Shown here piece after piece: positions 1-9,758 of a DNA stretch of 64,000 nucleotides; position 1 is the first letter of the stretch; the number at the start of each line of letters is the position of its first letter. Origin of the DNA: Clostridiales bacterium (GTDB taxonomy: Bacteria > Bacillota > Clostridia > Christensenellales > CAG-138); the NCBI GenBank assembly GCA_024698505.1, contig JAILRE010000009.1, forward strand, positions 870-64,869, in the 5' to 3' direction. The position numbers were made by a program, and so were the translations under genes. The notes under the pieces were generated by a model that was not told the DNA's origin, did no database searches, and saw only the letters and a program-made list of their open reading frames with translations.

Positions 1-51
1 CCTACACCTGATTTCGAGTCAGGACCGTTATGACCGCTTCGATACCGCTCC
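1..51 (-). tRNA. tRNA-Ser (anticodon CGA), 5' part only; the 3' end lies beyond the window start
   Basis: Reverse complement of 1-51 reads GGAGCGG-TA-TCG..CGG-T-CCTGA-CTCGAAA-TCAGG-TGTAGG. This gives an acceptor arm, a D arm, a 5-bp anticodon stem with loop CU-CGA-AA, then the start of a long variable arm (class II tRNA). Confidence 0.6.
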
Positions 52-136
52 GTTTGATTTCGAACTATTATACAGCAGGCGGCGGGATTTTTCAACAGGG
101 AAAGAAGATATATACCTTATGACGCCTCGGGGGGCT

Positions 137-1627
137 TCACCTTTCGGTATTCAGTATCGCGAGTATGCGCTCCTCGGCCGCGGCGAGCTGGCTTCTTACG
201 GAGGGGACGGCGTCATAGTCCGTCGGGACGACCACGAATCCCTTGCCGAGGAAGGAATGTATCACGCGGCAGGGGTGGAATATCTCCTCCGAGAGGGTGA
301 CAGTTCCCGCCTCGTCCCTTTTAAGCTTCAGCTCGAGCACGACGGTGTCGTTGCAGATGGATCTGCTCATGCTGGAAACGAAATTGCCCAGCGAATACAT
401 GCAAAGAACGTTCCTGCCGTCGGCGGCGGTTATGTACGCGCTCGTCTGCAGGCAGTGGGAATGCGAGCCGCAGATGACGTCCGCGCCCGCGTCGGCGATA
501 AGCTGCGCGTGCTTTCGGACGTTGTCGGTCGGGGTATCTATGTACTCGCGGCCCCAGTGCTCGTAAACGACTATGAATTCGGCGCCCTTCGCCTTGGCGT
601 ACGCAATGTCGCGGCGGACGGCCTCGATGTAGTATCGGTTCAGCATATAGCCGTACCCGTCGGAGACGATGGGGACGTCGAAGCCGTTGAAGAACTCGGA
701 ATACGACAGCAGGCCCACCTTGATGCCGTTGACGTCCAGTATGGCGAAGCGTTCCTCGCCGTTTTCCGCGAAGAGCCCGGTATGGATGAAGCCCGCGCTA
801 TCGACGGCGTCGAGCGTCTCCGTTATGCCGGTAAGCCCCGCGTCGCAGCAATGATTGTTGGCGAGCACGAGCGCGTCGAAGCCCGCGTATTTGAGCGCGG
901 CGAGATATTCGGCGGGGCTGTTGCAGTTGGGCTTGCCGCCGATATGCTTCTGCTGGGCGGTGTAGGGCGCGGAGGGGGAGATCACCGTTTCGAGATTCCC
1001 CACGGTGCAGTCCGCGCGGGAAAACAGGGCCCGAACCAGCTCGAAGGACGGCCTGAAATCATATTTCTCGCCGCCGGAAGCCTGATTCCTCGCGATGTAC
1101 TGCTGCGCGGAAAGGCACATGAGATCGCCCACGCACATCATTACGCCCTCCCTCGGCAGGCCCGTCACGGGAGGAGCGGGGGTGGGGAAGGCAGCGGGAT
1201 CCGGCTTGGGCGTGTTCGTCGCCTTGGGAGTGGTGACGGGCGTCGCCGTTGGCTTGGGAGAGGGCGTCGCTGCGCCGCTTTCCGTGGGTTTGGGCGCGTC
1301 CGTAGGCTTCGCCGTGGGCTTCGGGGTATCCTCGGGAGTCTCGGTGTTTTTAACGGGTTCGGCGGTGGGCGCTTCGGTCGGCTCCTCCGTGGGGACGGGA
1401 GTGACCGCTTCCTCCGTAATAGAAGGCGCTTCCGTGGGCGCTTCCGTCGGGGCGTCCGTTATGGCGGGCTCCTGCGAGGGAGCTTCAGTCGGGGCGGGGG
1501 AGGCGAGGGCTTCCCTTTCCGAAGGGAGCGTGCCCCGCGCGCCGAACGGGCAAAGCAAAAGCACCGCCGCCATTATGAGCGCCAGGAGCCTTTTCATTAT
1601 GCTTGCGGAAGAGTTGCCGTTTTCCAT
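137..1627 (-). CDS. Secreted CapA/PGA_cap-family metallophosphatase-like protein with a Pro/Thr/Glu/Ala-rich linker
   Basis: 496-aa ORF. N-terminal signal-like MKRLLALIMAAVLLLC, a long PTEAPTEAP linker, then CapA-type motifs (GDLMC, VGNLET, LANNHCCD, YEHWGREY, GSHSHC). Confidence 0.8.
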   Translation of the reverse strand: MENGNSSASIMKRLLALIMAAVLLLCPFGARGTLPSEREALASPAPTEAPSQEPAITDAPTEAPTEAPSITEEAVTPVPTEEPTEAPTAEPVKNTETPEDTPKPTAKPTDAPKPTESGAATPSPKPTATPVTTPKATNTPKPDPAAFPTPAPPVTGLPREGVMMCVGDLMCLSAQQYIARNQASGGEKYDFRPSFELVRALFSRADCTVGNLETVISPSAPYTAQQKHIGGKPNCNSPAEYLAALKYAGFDALVLANNHCCDAGLTGITETLDAVDSAGFIHTGLFAENGEERFAILDVNGIKVGLLSYSEFFNGFDVPIVSDGYGYMLNRYYIEAVRRDIAYAKAKGAEFIVVYEHWGREYIDTPTDNVRKHAQLIADAGADVICGSHSHCLQTSAYITAADGRNVLCMYSLGNFVSSMSRSICNDTVVLELKLKRDEAGTVTLSEEIFHPCRVIHSFLGKGFVVVPTDYDAVPSVRSQLAAAEERILAILNTER

Positions 1628-1712
1628 GGGACCGCCTTATGATAATACTGATAAAACAAGTATACCCATCGGCGGCGGTTTGTCAATAAGAAACGGCGTT
1701 TTTCGACGGTTA

Positions 1713-1741
1713 TTGACACCCGCCGCGCCTATATGTATAAT
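1713..1741 (+). promoter_or_regulatory. Sigma-70-type promoter (TTGACA-17-TATAAT) for the downstream membrane-protein/HAD genes
   Basis: TTGACA at 1713-1718 and TATAAT at 1736-1741 with a 17-nt spacer, about 70 nt upstream of the ATG at 1810. Confidence 0.55.
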
Positions 1742-1809
1742 CTAAATGCGCTCCCGCCGCGGCTGAAACGGCGGATAAAGCGCAATACAACCCGAAAGGG
1801 GATCGGCTG

Positions 1810-2586
1810 ATGAGAGAATTCTTCGGTTTCGGCGGCTATTCGCGCCCTGCGGAGGGCTATCTTTCCTGGCAGCATCTCGTGTTCGTAACGAGCCTCATGG
1901 CGATCATGACGGCGCTTGCGGTCATACTCGGCAGAAGGAACCGCAATAAGCCCGCCGACGTCAAGAACCGCGTGCTCGTGATCGCGGCGATACTGATCGA
2001 CGCTGCGGAGCTTTTCAAAATAGTGCTCCTGTGCTTCCGCAGTCACAATCCTATGGACTGGATCTACAATCTGCCCCTGTTCCTTTGCAGCATACAGCTC
2101 ATCACGATACCCCTCGCGGCGTTCTCCAAGGGCAGGATCAAGGAAGCTGCGCTCGATTTCGTCTTCGTTTTCGGCCTGCTCGGCGCGGTGCTGGGCACCT
2201 ACGGCGCGGGCAACAACTATTCCGCATATCCCGTGCTCGGGTTCGACAACGCAGTGTCGGGCTTTACCCATTCCATATCGGGCTTCTGCGCGCTCTATAT
2301 AGGCATTTCCGGCATGGCGAGCATGAAGCGCGGCAATCTGCCGATCACGTTTGCGATAATCGTCGGCGTTTCCGCACTGGCGTATATCGCGGACAGACTG
2401 ATCCCCTACAACTACATGTTCCTGATCAGGGGCGACGGCACCCCGTACGATATCATCTACGGCATCGTAAAGGGAAGCCCCGTGCTCTATCCCCTGACCG
2501 TGGTGCTGCTGTTCATACTGTACATCTGCCTTTTCTACCTTATCTATTATCTTGCAAAGCGCAGAAAGAACGGGGCCGGAGAGTGA
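1810..2586 (+). CDS. Polytopic integral membrane protein (YwaF/TIGR02206-like)
   Basis: 258 aa with about 7 hydrophobic helices; RBS AAAGGGGA upstream of the ATG. The family assignment is from memory only. Confidence 0.55.
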   Translation: MREFFGFGGYSRPAEGYLSWQHLVFVTSLMAIMTALAVILGRRNRNKPADVKNRVLVIAAILIDAAELFKIVLLCFRSHNPMDWIYNLPLFLCSIQLITIPLAAFSKGRIKEAALDFVFVFGLLGAVLGTYGAGNNYSAYPVLGFDNAVSGFTHSISGFCALYIGISGMASMKRGNLPITFAIIVGVSALAYIADRLIPYNYMFLIRGDGTPYDIIYGIVKGSPVLYPLTVVLLFILYICLFYLIYYLAKRRKNGAGE

Positions 2587-3308
2587 ACCGTTACGCGAAT
2601 TACATATTCGACCTTTACGGCACGCTGGTCGACATTAAAACGGACGAGACCCTTCCGGGGCTCTGGGACGCGCTGGCGCTCGTTATGAGCGACTGCGGCG
2701 CCTTTTCGCGCACCGGCGATGAGATGAGGGAGGCCTATCTGAGGCTCTGCGCAAAGGAGCAGGCGAAGGCCGCCGATCCCCTTTACGAAATCGAGCTTCG
2801 CCGCGTGTTCGCCGGGCTCTACGCCGAGAACGGCGTCGAGGCGGATAATAACCTCATCGACGAGACGGCGTACTTCTTCCGCGCCGCTTCCACAATAAAG
2901 CTCAGGCTCTATCCCTGGGTGCTCCCCGTTTTCGAAAGGATAAGAAGGGGCGGCTCGCGGATATTCCTCCTCAGCAACGCGCAGGCCTGCTTCACGCTCC
3001 CGGAGCTTGAAAAGCTCGGCATTTCGGACGCGTTCGACGGCATAGCCATTTCGTCCGACGCGGGCTTCAGGAAGCCCGACCGCCGCATAATGCAGGGCCT
3101 TATCGACAGGTTCGGCATAGATCCCGCGGCGTCCCTCATGACGGGCAACGACAGGACGACCGACGTTGAGATCGCAAACAGGTTCGGCATGGATTCGCTG
3201 TATCTCAGGACGGAGACCTCCTTTGAGATACCCGGCGCGCCGAGGGCTACCTTCGAGCTGACGGACGGGGATCTCACGGGGCTTGAAGGGCTCATGGGCA
3301 TAGAATGA
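2583..3308 (+). CDS. HAD-superfamily hydrolase
   Basis: GTG start overlaps the upstream stop. N-terminus VNRYANYIFDLYGTLVDI contains HAD motif I (DxYGT); C-terminal GNDRTTDV is motif-IV-like. This is the 3' part of ORF 2031..3308. Confidence 0.75.
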   Translation: MNRYANYIFDLYGTLVDIKTDETLPGLWDALALVMSDCGAFSRTGDEMREAYLRLCAKEQAKAADPLYEIELRRVFAGLYAENGVEADNNLIDETAYFFRAASTIKLRLYPWVLPVFERIRRGGSRIFLLSNAQACFTLPELEKLGISDAFDGIAISSDAGFRKPDRRIMQGLIDRFGIDPAASLMTGNDRTTDVEIANRFGMDSLYLRTETSFEIPGAPRATFELTDGDLTGLEGLMGIE

Positions 3309-3323
3309 ACGGGCCGCGCGGTA

Positions 3324-3352
3324 TTGACATTGCCGCGCGCTTTGTTTATTAT
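3324..3352 (+). promoter_or_regulatory. Candidate promoter for fumC (TTGACA-17-TATTAT)
   Basis: TTGACA at 3324-3329 and TATTAT at 3347-3352. An imperfect hairpin (CTGAAGGCGGGG..CCCCGCGGCTTCAG) follows, just before the RBS. Confidence 0.45.
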
Positions 3353-3414
3353 TTATTAATGAAATAAAAGGGCTGAAGGCGGGGTTTTCCCCGCGGCTTC
3401 AGGGAGAGGATACA

Positions 3415-4791
3415 ATGGATCATCGCATAGAGCACGACAGCATGGGCGAGATGAAGGTCCCCGCGGACCGCTATTGGGGCGCGCAGACGGAAAGATCCCG
3501 CCTCAATTTCCCGATAGGCGCGGGCCGCGAGACGATGCCCAAGGAGATCGTTCGCGCGTTCGGCCTTCTGAAAAGGGCCGCGGCCGCCGCTAACCGCGAG
3601 CTCCTGCCCGAAAGGATGACGGAGGAGAAATTCGAGGCGATCGACAGGGCCGCCGAAGAGGTCGCAAACGGCCTGCTTTACGATCATTTCCCGCTCGTAG
3701 TATGGCAGACGGGCTCCGGCACGCAGACCAACATGAACGCCAACGAGGTAATAAAGAACCGCGGCAACGAGATCGCCGGGAGGACGCTCCTGCATCCGAA
3801 CGACGACGTGAACATGTCCCAGTCCTCAAACGACACCTTCCCCACCGCGATGCATATAGCGGCGGTGACCGCGCTCGAAGACGAGCTGCTCCCCGCGGCG
3901 GAAAGGTTTGCAGAGACTCTGAAGGAGCTTGAAAGGGCCAACGAGGACGTTATTAAGATAGGCCGCACCCATCTTCAGGACGCGACTCCCCTAAGGTTCT
4001 CGCAGGAGATCTCCGGCTGGCGCGCCGGCGTGGAGCGCGGCTGCGAGCTGATTAGGGCCGCGGAAAAGCCCCTCTTCGAGATCGCCCTCGGCGGAACGGC
4101 CGTCGGCACGGGCATAAACGCGCCCGAGGGCTTCGGCGAGGCCGCGGCAAGGGCTCTCGCCGAAATAACGGGCAAGCCCTTCGTCTCCGCCGGGAACAAG
4201 TTCCACGCGCTCACCTCGAAGGACGAGCTGGTATCCGCGCACGGCGCGGTCAAGGCGCTGGCGTGCGACATGATGAAGATAGCCAACGACGTAAGGTGGC
4301 TCGCCTCCGGCCCGAGGTGCGGTATAGGCGAGATCAGCATCCCCGAGAACGAGCCCGGCTCCTCCATAATGCCGGGGAAGGTGAACCCCACCCAGTGCGA
4401 GCAGGTCACTATGGTGGCCGTGCAGGTGATGGGCAACGACGCCGCGATAGGCTTCGCCGCCTCGCAGGGGAATTTCGAGCTCAACGTGTTCATGCCCGTC
4501 ATAGCCTATAACTTCCTTCAGTCCGTAAGGCTGCTCGCCGAATCGATAGCCTCCTTCGACGAGCGCTGCGCAAGGGGGATAAAGGCGAACAGGGAGAGGA
4601 TGCGCGCCAATCTCGAAAGATCGCTGATGCTCGTAACGGCGCTGAGCCCCGCGATAGGCTACGAGCGCGCCGCAGAGGTCGCGAAAAAGGCCCACCGCGA
4701 GGGGATCACCCTCAGGGAGGCCTGCCTTCTTCTCGGATACGCGGACGGCAAGAGCTTCGACGAGCTCGTCCGCCCGGAGAAGCTCGTTTGA
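3415..4791 (+). CDS. fumC: Class II fumarate hydratase
   Basis: 458 aa. N-terminus RIEHDSMGEMKVPADRYWGAQTERS and signature GSSIMPGKVNPTQCE. Confidence 0.95.
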   Translation: MDHRIEHDSMGEMKVPADRYWGAQTERSRLNFPIGAGRETMPKEIVRAFGLLKRAAAAANRELLPERMTEEKFEAIDRAAEEVANGLLYDHFPLVVWQTGSGTQTNMNANEVIKNRGNEIAGRTLLHPNDDVNMSQSSNDTFPTAMHIAAVTALEDELLPAAERFAETLKELERANEDVIKIGRTHLQDATPLRFSQEISGWRAGVERGCELIRAAEKPLFEIALGGTAVGTGINAPEGFGEAAARALAEITGKPFVSAGNKFHALTSKDELVSAHGAVKALACDMMKIANDVRWLASGPRCGIGEISIPENEPGSSIMPGKVNPTQCEQVTMVAVQVMGNDAAIGFAASQGNFELNVFMPVIAYNFLQSVRLLAESIASFDERCARGIKANRERMRANLERSLMLVTALSPAIGYERAAEVAKKAHREGITLREACLLLGYADGKSFDELVRPEKLV

Positions 4792-4838
4792 GGAAGGCCC
4801 CGCTCCCGCGAAAAATACCGCGTCGTTACATATTTGTA

Positions 4839-4868
4839 TTTGACAACGCAGCGCGGCAAGGGTATAAT
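4839..4868 (+). promoter_or_regulatory. Promoter of the purC-purA-purB operon
   Basis: TTGACA at 4839-4844 and TATAAT at 4863-4868 with an 18-nt spacer. Confidence 0.55.
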
Positions 4869-4876
4869 TATTCTGT

Positions 4877-4929
4877 TGCAGACAGAGGCGTCACTAAGCT
4901 GTTTTCGTTTGGGGCGCCTGCATTTTTTT
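4877..4929 (+). terminator. Leader hairpin followed by T7: candidate attenuator in the purC 5' UTR
   Basis: TGCAG..GGCG at 4877-4890 can pair with CGCC..CTGCA at 4913-4922, followed directly by TTTTTTT (4923-4929). It lies between the promoter and the purC RBS. Confidence 0.4.
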
Positions 4930-4972
4930 GAAACGATCACACGAACAATCAAGGAACCGGAGGTGCATATCC

Positions 4973-5686
4973 ATGGAAAAAACCGTACAGCTTTACGAGG
5001 GAAAGGCCAAGAAGGTCTTCGCCACCGAGAATGAGGAGCTCCTTATCGTCTCCTACAAGGACGACGCGACCGCGTTCAACGGTCTCAAGAAGGGCACCAT
5101 AGTCGGCAAGGGCGCCATCAACAACCGTATGAGCAACCTGCTCATGCAGATGCTCGAAAAGAAGGGCGTCCCCACGCATTTCGTAGAGGAGCTGAACGAC
5201 CGCGAGACGGTCGTCAAGCGCGTTTCCATAGTTCCCCTCGAGGTAATAATCCGCAATATCTCCGCGGGCTCCTTCGCCAAGCGCTACGGCGTGCCCGAGG
5301 GCATAGTTTTCGACGCTCCCACGATCGAGTTCTCCTATAAGAACGACGATCTGGGCGATCCGCTCATCAATTCGTATCACGCGCTCGCGCTGAAGCTCGC
5401 GACTCCCGAAGAGATCGAGACCATCAAGACATACGCCTTCAAGGTGAACGAGGAGCTCAGGAAGTTCTGGACGGAGTGCGGCGTCACCCTCGTCGATTTC
5501 AAGCTCGAGTTCGGCAGGCTCTCGGACGGGACGATCGTCCTCGCCGACGAGATCAGCCCCGATACCTGCAGGCTTTGGGATTCCGCCACCGGCGAAAAGC
5601 TCGATAAGGACAGGTTCCGCCGCGATATGGGCGGCGTAGAGGATGCGTACGCCGAGATAATGAGAAGGCTTCTCGAAAACGTCTGA
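4973..5686 (+). CDS. purC: Phosphoribosylaminoimidazole-succinocarboxamide (SAICAR) synthase
   Basis: [18 protein letters not shown]... is a typical PurC N-terminus; RBS GGAGG upstream. In frame within ORF 4928..5686. Confidence 0.9.
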   Translation: MEKTVQLYEGKAKKVFATENEELLIVSYKDDATAFNGLKKGTIVGKGAINNRMSNLLMQMLEKKGVPTHFVEELNDRETVVKRVSIVPLEVIIRNISAGSFAKRYGVPEGIVFDAPTIEFSYKNDDLGDPLINSYHALALKLATPEEIETIKTYAFKVNEELRKFWTECGVTLVDFKLEFGRLSDGTIVLADEISPDTCRLWDSATGEKLDKDRFRRDMGGVEDAYAEIMRRLLENV

Positions 5687-5700
5687 CGGAGGAAAGATCC

Positions 5701-6975
5701 ATGGCAAACAGCGCGATAGTCGGCGTCAACTGGGGCGATGAGGGCAAGGGCAGGATGGTCGACCTCCTGACCGAGAACTACGATATCGTCGTCAGGTTCC
5801 AGGGCGGCGGAAACGCCGGTCACACCGTAATTAACGACAGGGGCAAGTTCGCTCTGCATCTTCTGCCTTCCGGCATATTCAGGGAGGGCGTCGTCAACAT
5901 ACTCGGAAACGGCGTTGCGCTCGATCCCGAAAACCTCTGGAAGGAAATGACGGAGGTAATGGGGAAGGGCGTTTCGATAACCCCCGACAATCTCAAAATA
6001 TCGAGCAGGGCCTCCCTTCTTATGCCCTGGCACCGCGATCTCGACGAGCTCGAGGAAAGGCGCCTCAAGGACAAGAAATTCGGCTCCACGAAGCAGGGCA
6101 TAGCCCCCTTCTATTCCGATAAATACCAGAAGAAGACCGTCCTCGCGGGCGAGCTCTTCTATCCCGAAAAGCTCAGGGCGCACCTTCGCGATCTGATGGA
6201 GTGGAAGAACCTCATACTCACCTCCGTTTACGGCGCGGAGCCCTATACGGAGGAAAGGCTCGATGAGTGGCTCTCCTCCTACTGCGAGAGGATAAAGCCC
6301 TTCATATGCGATACGGGCGAGTATCTGAAGCGCGCTCACGACGAGGGCAAGAGCATCCTCTTCGAGGCGCAGCTCGGCTCCCTCAGGGATATCGATTACG
6401 GCATACATCCCTTCACCACCTCCTCCAACACGCTGGCGGCATACGCGCCCATCGGCTCCGGCTGCCCCCAGGTCAAGATCACGAACGTCATCGGCGTAGT
6501 CAAGGCCTATTCCACCTGCGTAGGCGAGGGCCCGTTCGTCTGCGAGATGGAGGGCGAGGAGGCCGAAAGGCTCAGGCAGGAGGGCGCGGAATACGGCGCC
6601 AAGACCGGCAGGCCCAGGCGCGTCGGCCCGATAGACCTCGTCGCAACGAGGTACGGCGCCGAGATGCAGGCCGCGACCGAGATCGCCCTGACCAAGCTCG
6701 ACGTATTGAGCTACCTCGATAAGATACCCGTCTGCTCCCATTACGAGCTGGACGGAGAGATAGTCGATATCTTCCCGTTCCCCGCCGCGCTGGACGACGC
6801 GAAGCCCGTTATCGAGTATCTTGACGGCTGGAAATGCGATATTTCGAAAGTGCGCCGCTTCGAGGATCTTCCCGAAGCCGCAAGGGAATACGTGCTCTAC
6901 GTGCAGAGGGCGATAGGCTGTCCCATAACCTACGTCTCCGTCGGCCCCGAGCGCGAAAGCATAATCATCAGGTAA
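5701..6975 (+). CDS. purA: Adenylosuccinate synthase
   Basis: 424 aa with P-loop-like VGVNWGDEGKGRMVD and GGGNAGHTV. Confidence 0.95.
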   Translation: MANSAIVGVNWGDEGKGRMVDLLTENYDIVVRFQGGGNAGHTVINDRGKFALHLLPSGIFREGVVNILGNGVALDPENLWKEMTEVMGKGVSITPDNLKISSRASLLMPWHRDLDELEERRLKDKKFGSTKQGIAPFYSDKYQKKTVLAGELFYPEKLRAHLRDLMEWKNLILTSVYGAEPYTEERLDEWLSSYCERIKPFICDTGEYLKRAHDEGKSILFEAQLGSLRDIDYGIHPFTTSSNTLAAYAPIGSGCPQVKITNVIGVVKAYSTCVGEGPFVCEMEGEEAERLRQEGAEYGAKTGRPRRVGPIDLVATRYGAEMQAATEIALTKLDVLSYLDKIPVCSHYELDGEIVDIFPFPAALDDAKPVIEYLDGWKCDISKVRRFEDLPEAAREYVLYVQRAIGCPITYVSVGPERESIIIR

Positions 6976-6987
6976 GGAGGGACGAAA

Positions 6988-8412
6988 GTGGATCAGTCGA
7001 CCGCCGCATATCAATCCCCGCTCGCGTCAAGGTACGCGTCGGACTATATGCTCAAGCTCTTCTCCGCGGATACGAGGATAAGGACCTGGAGAAGGCTCTG
7101 GGTATCCCTTGCAAAGGCGGAGATGAAGCTCGGCCTTCCCATAACGCAGGAGCAGGTCAACGAGCTCGAGGCGCATATCGGGGATATCGACTTCGAATGC
7201 GCCGCCAGGCGCGAAAAGGAAGTCCGCCACGACGTCATGGCCCACGTCTATACCTACGGCAAGGCCGCTCCCTCCGCCGCGGGAATAATCCACCTCGGCG
7301 CCACCAGCTGCTACGTCACCGATAACGCGGATCTCGTCATCTACCGCGACGGCCTCCGCTATATAAGGAGCGAGCTGCTCGCCGTTATCAGGAACCTCGC
7401 CGATTTCGCGGAGGAATACAGATCCCTGCCCACTCTGGGCTACACCCACTATCAGCCCGCGCAGCTCGTCACCGTAGGCAAGCGCGCGACGCTGTGGATG
7501 CAGGATCTTGTTTCCGACGTTAACGAGATCGACTTCGCCATCCGCAACATCAGGTTCCTCGGCTGCCGCGGCACCACGGGCACCGAGGCGAGCTTCATGG
7601 ATCTTTTCGAGGGCGATTCCGCGAAAATCGACGAGATGAACCGCATGATCGCCGCCGATTTCGGCTTTGACGAGCTGTTCGCCGTCTGCGGTCAGACCTA
7701 TCCCCGCAAGACGGACAGCCGCATACTCAACGCGCTCTCCTCCGTCGCGCAGAGCCTCAGCCGCATGGCGAACGATATAAGGCTCCTTCAGCACGACAGG
7801 CAGCTCGAGGAGCCCTTCGAAAAGAACCAGATAGGCTCCTCCGCAATGGCGTATAAGCGCAATCCCATGCGCTGCGAAAGGATCTGCTCGCTCGCAAGGT
7901 ACCTCATGGCGGACGCTGCGAACGCCTCCATGACGGCCTCCGTGCAGTGGCTAGAACGCACGCTGGACGATTCCGCCAACCGCCGCATCTCCCTGCCCGA
8001 GGGCTTCCTCTGCGCGGACGCGATACTGAGGCTCGCCGCCAACGTGACCGACGGGCTCCACGTCAACGAGAAGATAGTCGAGCGCACCGTTATGGAATAC
8101 CTGCCCTTCATCGCGACCGAGAACCTCATGATGGAGGGCGTCAAGAGGGGCGGCGACCGTCAGGAGCTTCACGAGATAATCAGGACCTGCTCCATGGAGG
8201 CGACCAGGCGCATGAAGGAGGGCTATGACTGCGATCTGCTCTCCCGCCTCAAGGAAAGAAAGGAGTTCGGCCTGACCGGCGACGAGATGGACGAGCTTCT
8301 GAGGCCCGAAAAGTACATAGGACGCTGTCCCGAGCAGGTCACGGCGTTCGTGAACGCGATAAGGCCGATGCTCGAAGGCGCGGCCGAGGAAAAACAGGAT
8401 ATAGAACTGTAA
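6988..8412 (+). CDS. purB: Adenylosuccinate lyase
   Basis: 474 aa; GTG start after AAGGAGGG. Fumarate-lyase signature GSSAMAYKRNPMRCE. Confidence 0.9.
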   Translation: MDQSTAAYQSPLASRYASDYMLKLFSADTRIRTWRRLWVSLAKAEMKLGLPITQEQVNELEAHIGDIDFECAARREKEVRHDVMAHVYTYGKAAPSAAGIIHLGATSCYVTDNADLVIYRDGLRYIRSELLAVIRNLADFAEEYRSLPTLGYTHYQPAQLVTVGKRATLWMQDLVSDVNEIDFAIRNIRFLGCRGTTGTEASFMDLFEGDSAKIDEMNRMIAADFGFDELFAVCGQTYPRKTDSRILNALSSVAQSLSRMANDIRLLQHDRQLEEPFEKNQIGSSAMAYKRNPMRCERICSLARYLMADAANASMTASVQWLERTLDDSANRRISLPEGFLCADAILRLAANVTDGLHVNEKIVERTVMEYLPFIATENLMMEGVKRGGDRQELHEIIRTCSMEATRRMKEGYDCDLLSRLKERKEFGLTGDEMDELLRPEKYIGRCPEQVTAFVNAIRPMLEGAAEEKQDIEL

Positions 8413-8460
8413 CGGAGAGGGCGGGGAAACACCCCGCCCGCCGCTTGAAAAGGCGAAAGA

Positions 8461-9684
8461 ATGAACAAACACGAAAAGCGAAAGGGAATATTCGCAGCCC
8501 TTGCCGCGCTCTTGTCGGCGCTGCTCCTTTTCGCGTCCTGCAAGCTTACGAATAATGAAGCGAACGCCTCGCAGGAGCCCCGAAACACCGGTACGGCCGC
8601 GGAGCTTCCCGCCGGGGAGCCGACCGAAACCGCGGAGCTTTCCGAAACGGAGCTCCCGGATGATACGGCAGATCCCGCCGCGACCCGGGGCGAAGCTTCC
8701 GAAGCGCCCGCCGTCACGGGCTCTCCCGATGCCTCTTCGGATGCGCCTACCGAAGCTCCCGAAAACACGCCCGCTCCCACGGAGGGGGCGGGGAAAACGG
8801 CTGCTCCCACTGCGGCGCCTACCGCCGCTCCGTCTTCTGCGCCCTCGCAGACCGCCGCGCCTGCGGCGACTCTAACACCGACGGCGACTCTTGCGCCGAC
8901 TCCCGCGCCGACTCCCGCACCGACTGTTGCTCCGACTGTTGCTCCGACTGCGGCTCCGACCGCGGCTCCGACTCCCGCTCCGACTCCCGCGCCTACCGCG
9001 ACGCCGAAGCCGACGAACACTCCCGTTCCCGAGCCCACGCCCGAGCCCTCCTATACTCCGCTTACGGAGGAGGAGCTCTCCCGCCTCGTCAATTTCGAGA
9101 ACCGTCTGCCCGATGATTTCGTCCCGCACGATCTCGTCAAGGCAAAGACGCTTATGGGGGACGCTGCGACCGTCAGGAAGAGCAGCATAAAGATCCAGTA
9201 TGAGGTCGGCCTGCACCTGAAGGAGATGTTCCTCGCCGCTTACGCCGAGGGGATAACCTGCCGCTACCGCATCAACAGCGCGTACCGCACGCAGGAAGCG
9301 CAGTGGAACCTCTGGAACAACAAGCTGGCGAACGATCCCGATTACGGCTCCGATCCGTATAACGATCCCGTCGGCGCAATGCCCGGCAACGCGAGCGAGC
9401 ACTGCGCGGGGCTTGCGGTGGATCTCGCCTCCACCGATTTCCCGCAGGAGGACGCCGCCTTCGGCAGCACGCCGGAGGGGATCTGGCTCCGCGATAACGC
9501 GCACAGGTTCGGCTTCATATTAAGATACCCCGCCGATAAGACGCACGTGACCGGCGTCAAGTGGGAGCCGTGGCATTTCCGCTACGTCGGGACGGAGCTC
9601 GCCCGCCTTATCTATGAGAGCGGCCTCTGCATGGAGGAATACTTCGCGCAGAACGAGCCCGGCATAGGGGAGAGCAGGCCGTAA
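8461..9684 (+). CDS. Lipoprotein D,D-carboxypeptidase, VanY / peptidase M15 family, with a Pro/Thr/Ala linker
   Basis: Lipobox LLFASC, about 190 aa of a PT/PA-rich linker, then M15 motifs (SAYRTQEAQ, SEHCAGLAVDL, WEPWHFRYVG). Confidence 0.85.
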   Translation: MNKHEKRKGIFAALAALLSALLLFASCKLTNNEANASQEPRNTGTAAELPAGEPTETAELSETELPDDTADPAATRGEASEAPAVTGSPDASSDAPTEAPENTPAPTEGAGKTAAPTAAPTAAPSSAPSQTAAPAATLTPTATLAPTPAPTPAPTVAPTVAPTAAPTAAPTPAPTPAPTATPKPTNTPVPEPTPEPSYTPLTEEELSRLVNFENRLPDDFVPHDLVKAKTLMGDAATVRKSSIKIQYEVGLHLKEMFLAAYAEGITCRYRINSAYRTQEAQWNLWNNKLANDPDYGSDPYNDPVGAMPGNASEHCAGLAVDLASTDFPQEDAAFGSTPEGIWLRDNAHRFGFILRYPADKTHVTGVKWEPWHFRYVGTELARLIYESGLCMEEYFAQNEPGIGESRP

Positions 9685-9758
9685 AACGCCCCGAACAAGC
9701 CCCGAAAAGCGACTTGGATTTCCGCCGGGGCAGGATTGCTGAAAACAATTTACAGAAC

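Noticed and set aside
1-51. tRNA-Sec as an alternative reading of the long-variable-arm tRNA fragment
   Set aside because: The anticodon loop reads CU-CGA-AA, giving anticodon CGA (Ser) rather than UCA. The acceptor arm of 7 nt and the D arm look like an ordinary class II tRNA-Ser.
119-1642. 507-aa plus-strand ORF, the longest in its region
   Set aside because: It lies fully antisense to the CapA-like gene, whose translation has clear family motifs. The product is Arg/Gly-rich and low-complexity, typical of a high-GC shadow frame, and has no RBS.
5377-7014. 545-aa minus-strand ORF across purC/purA
   Set aside because: It is antisense to two genes with unmistakable PurC and PurA signatures, so it is a shadow ORF.
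8223-9038. 271-aa Gly/Ala/Val-rich minus-strand ORF
   Set aside because: It is the antisense reading of the Pro/Thr/Ala linker of the M15 peptidase gene.
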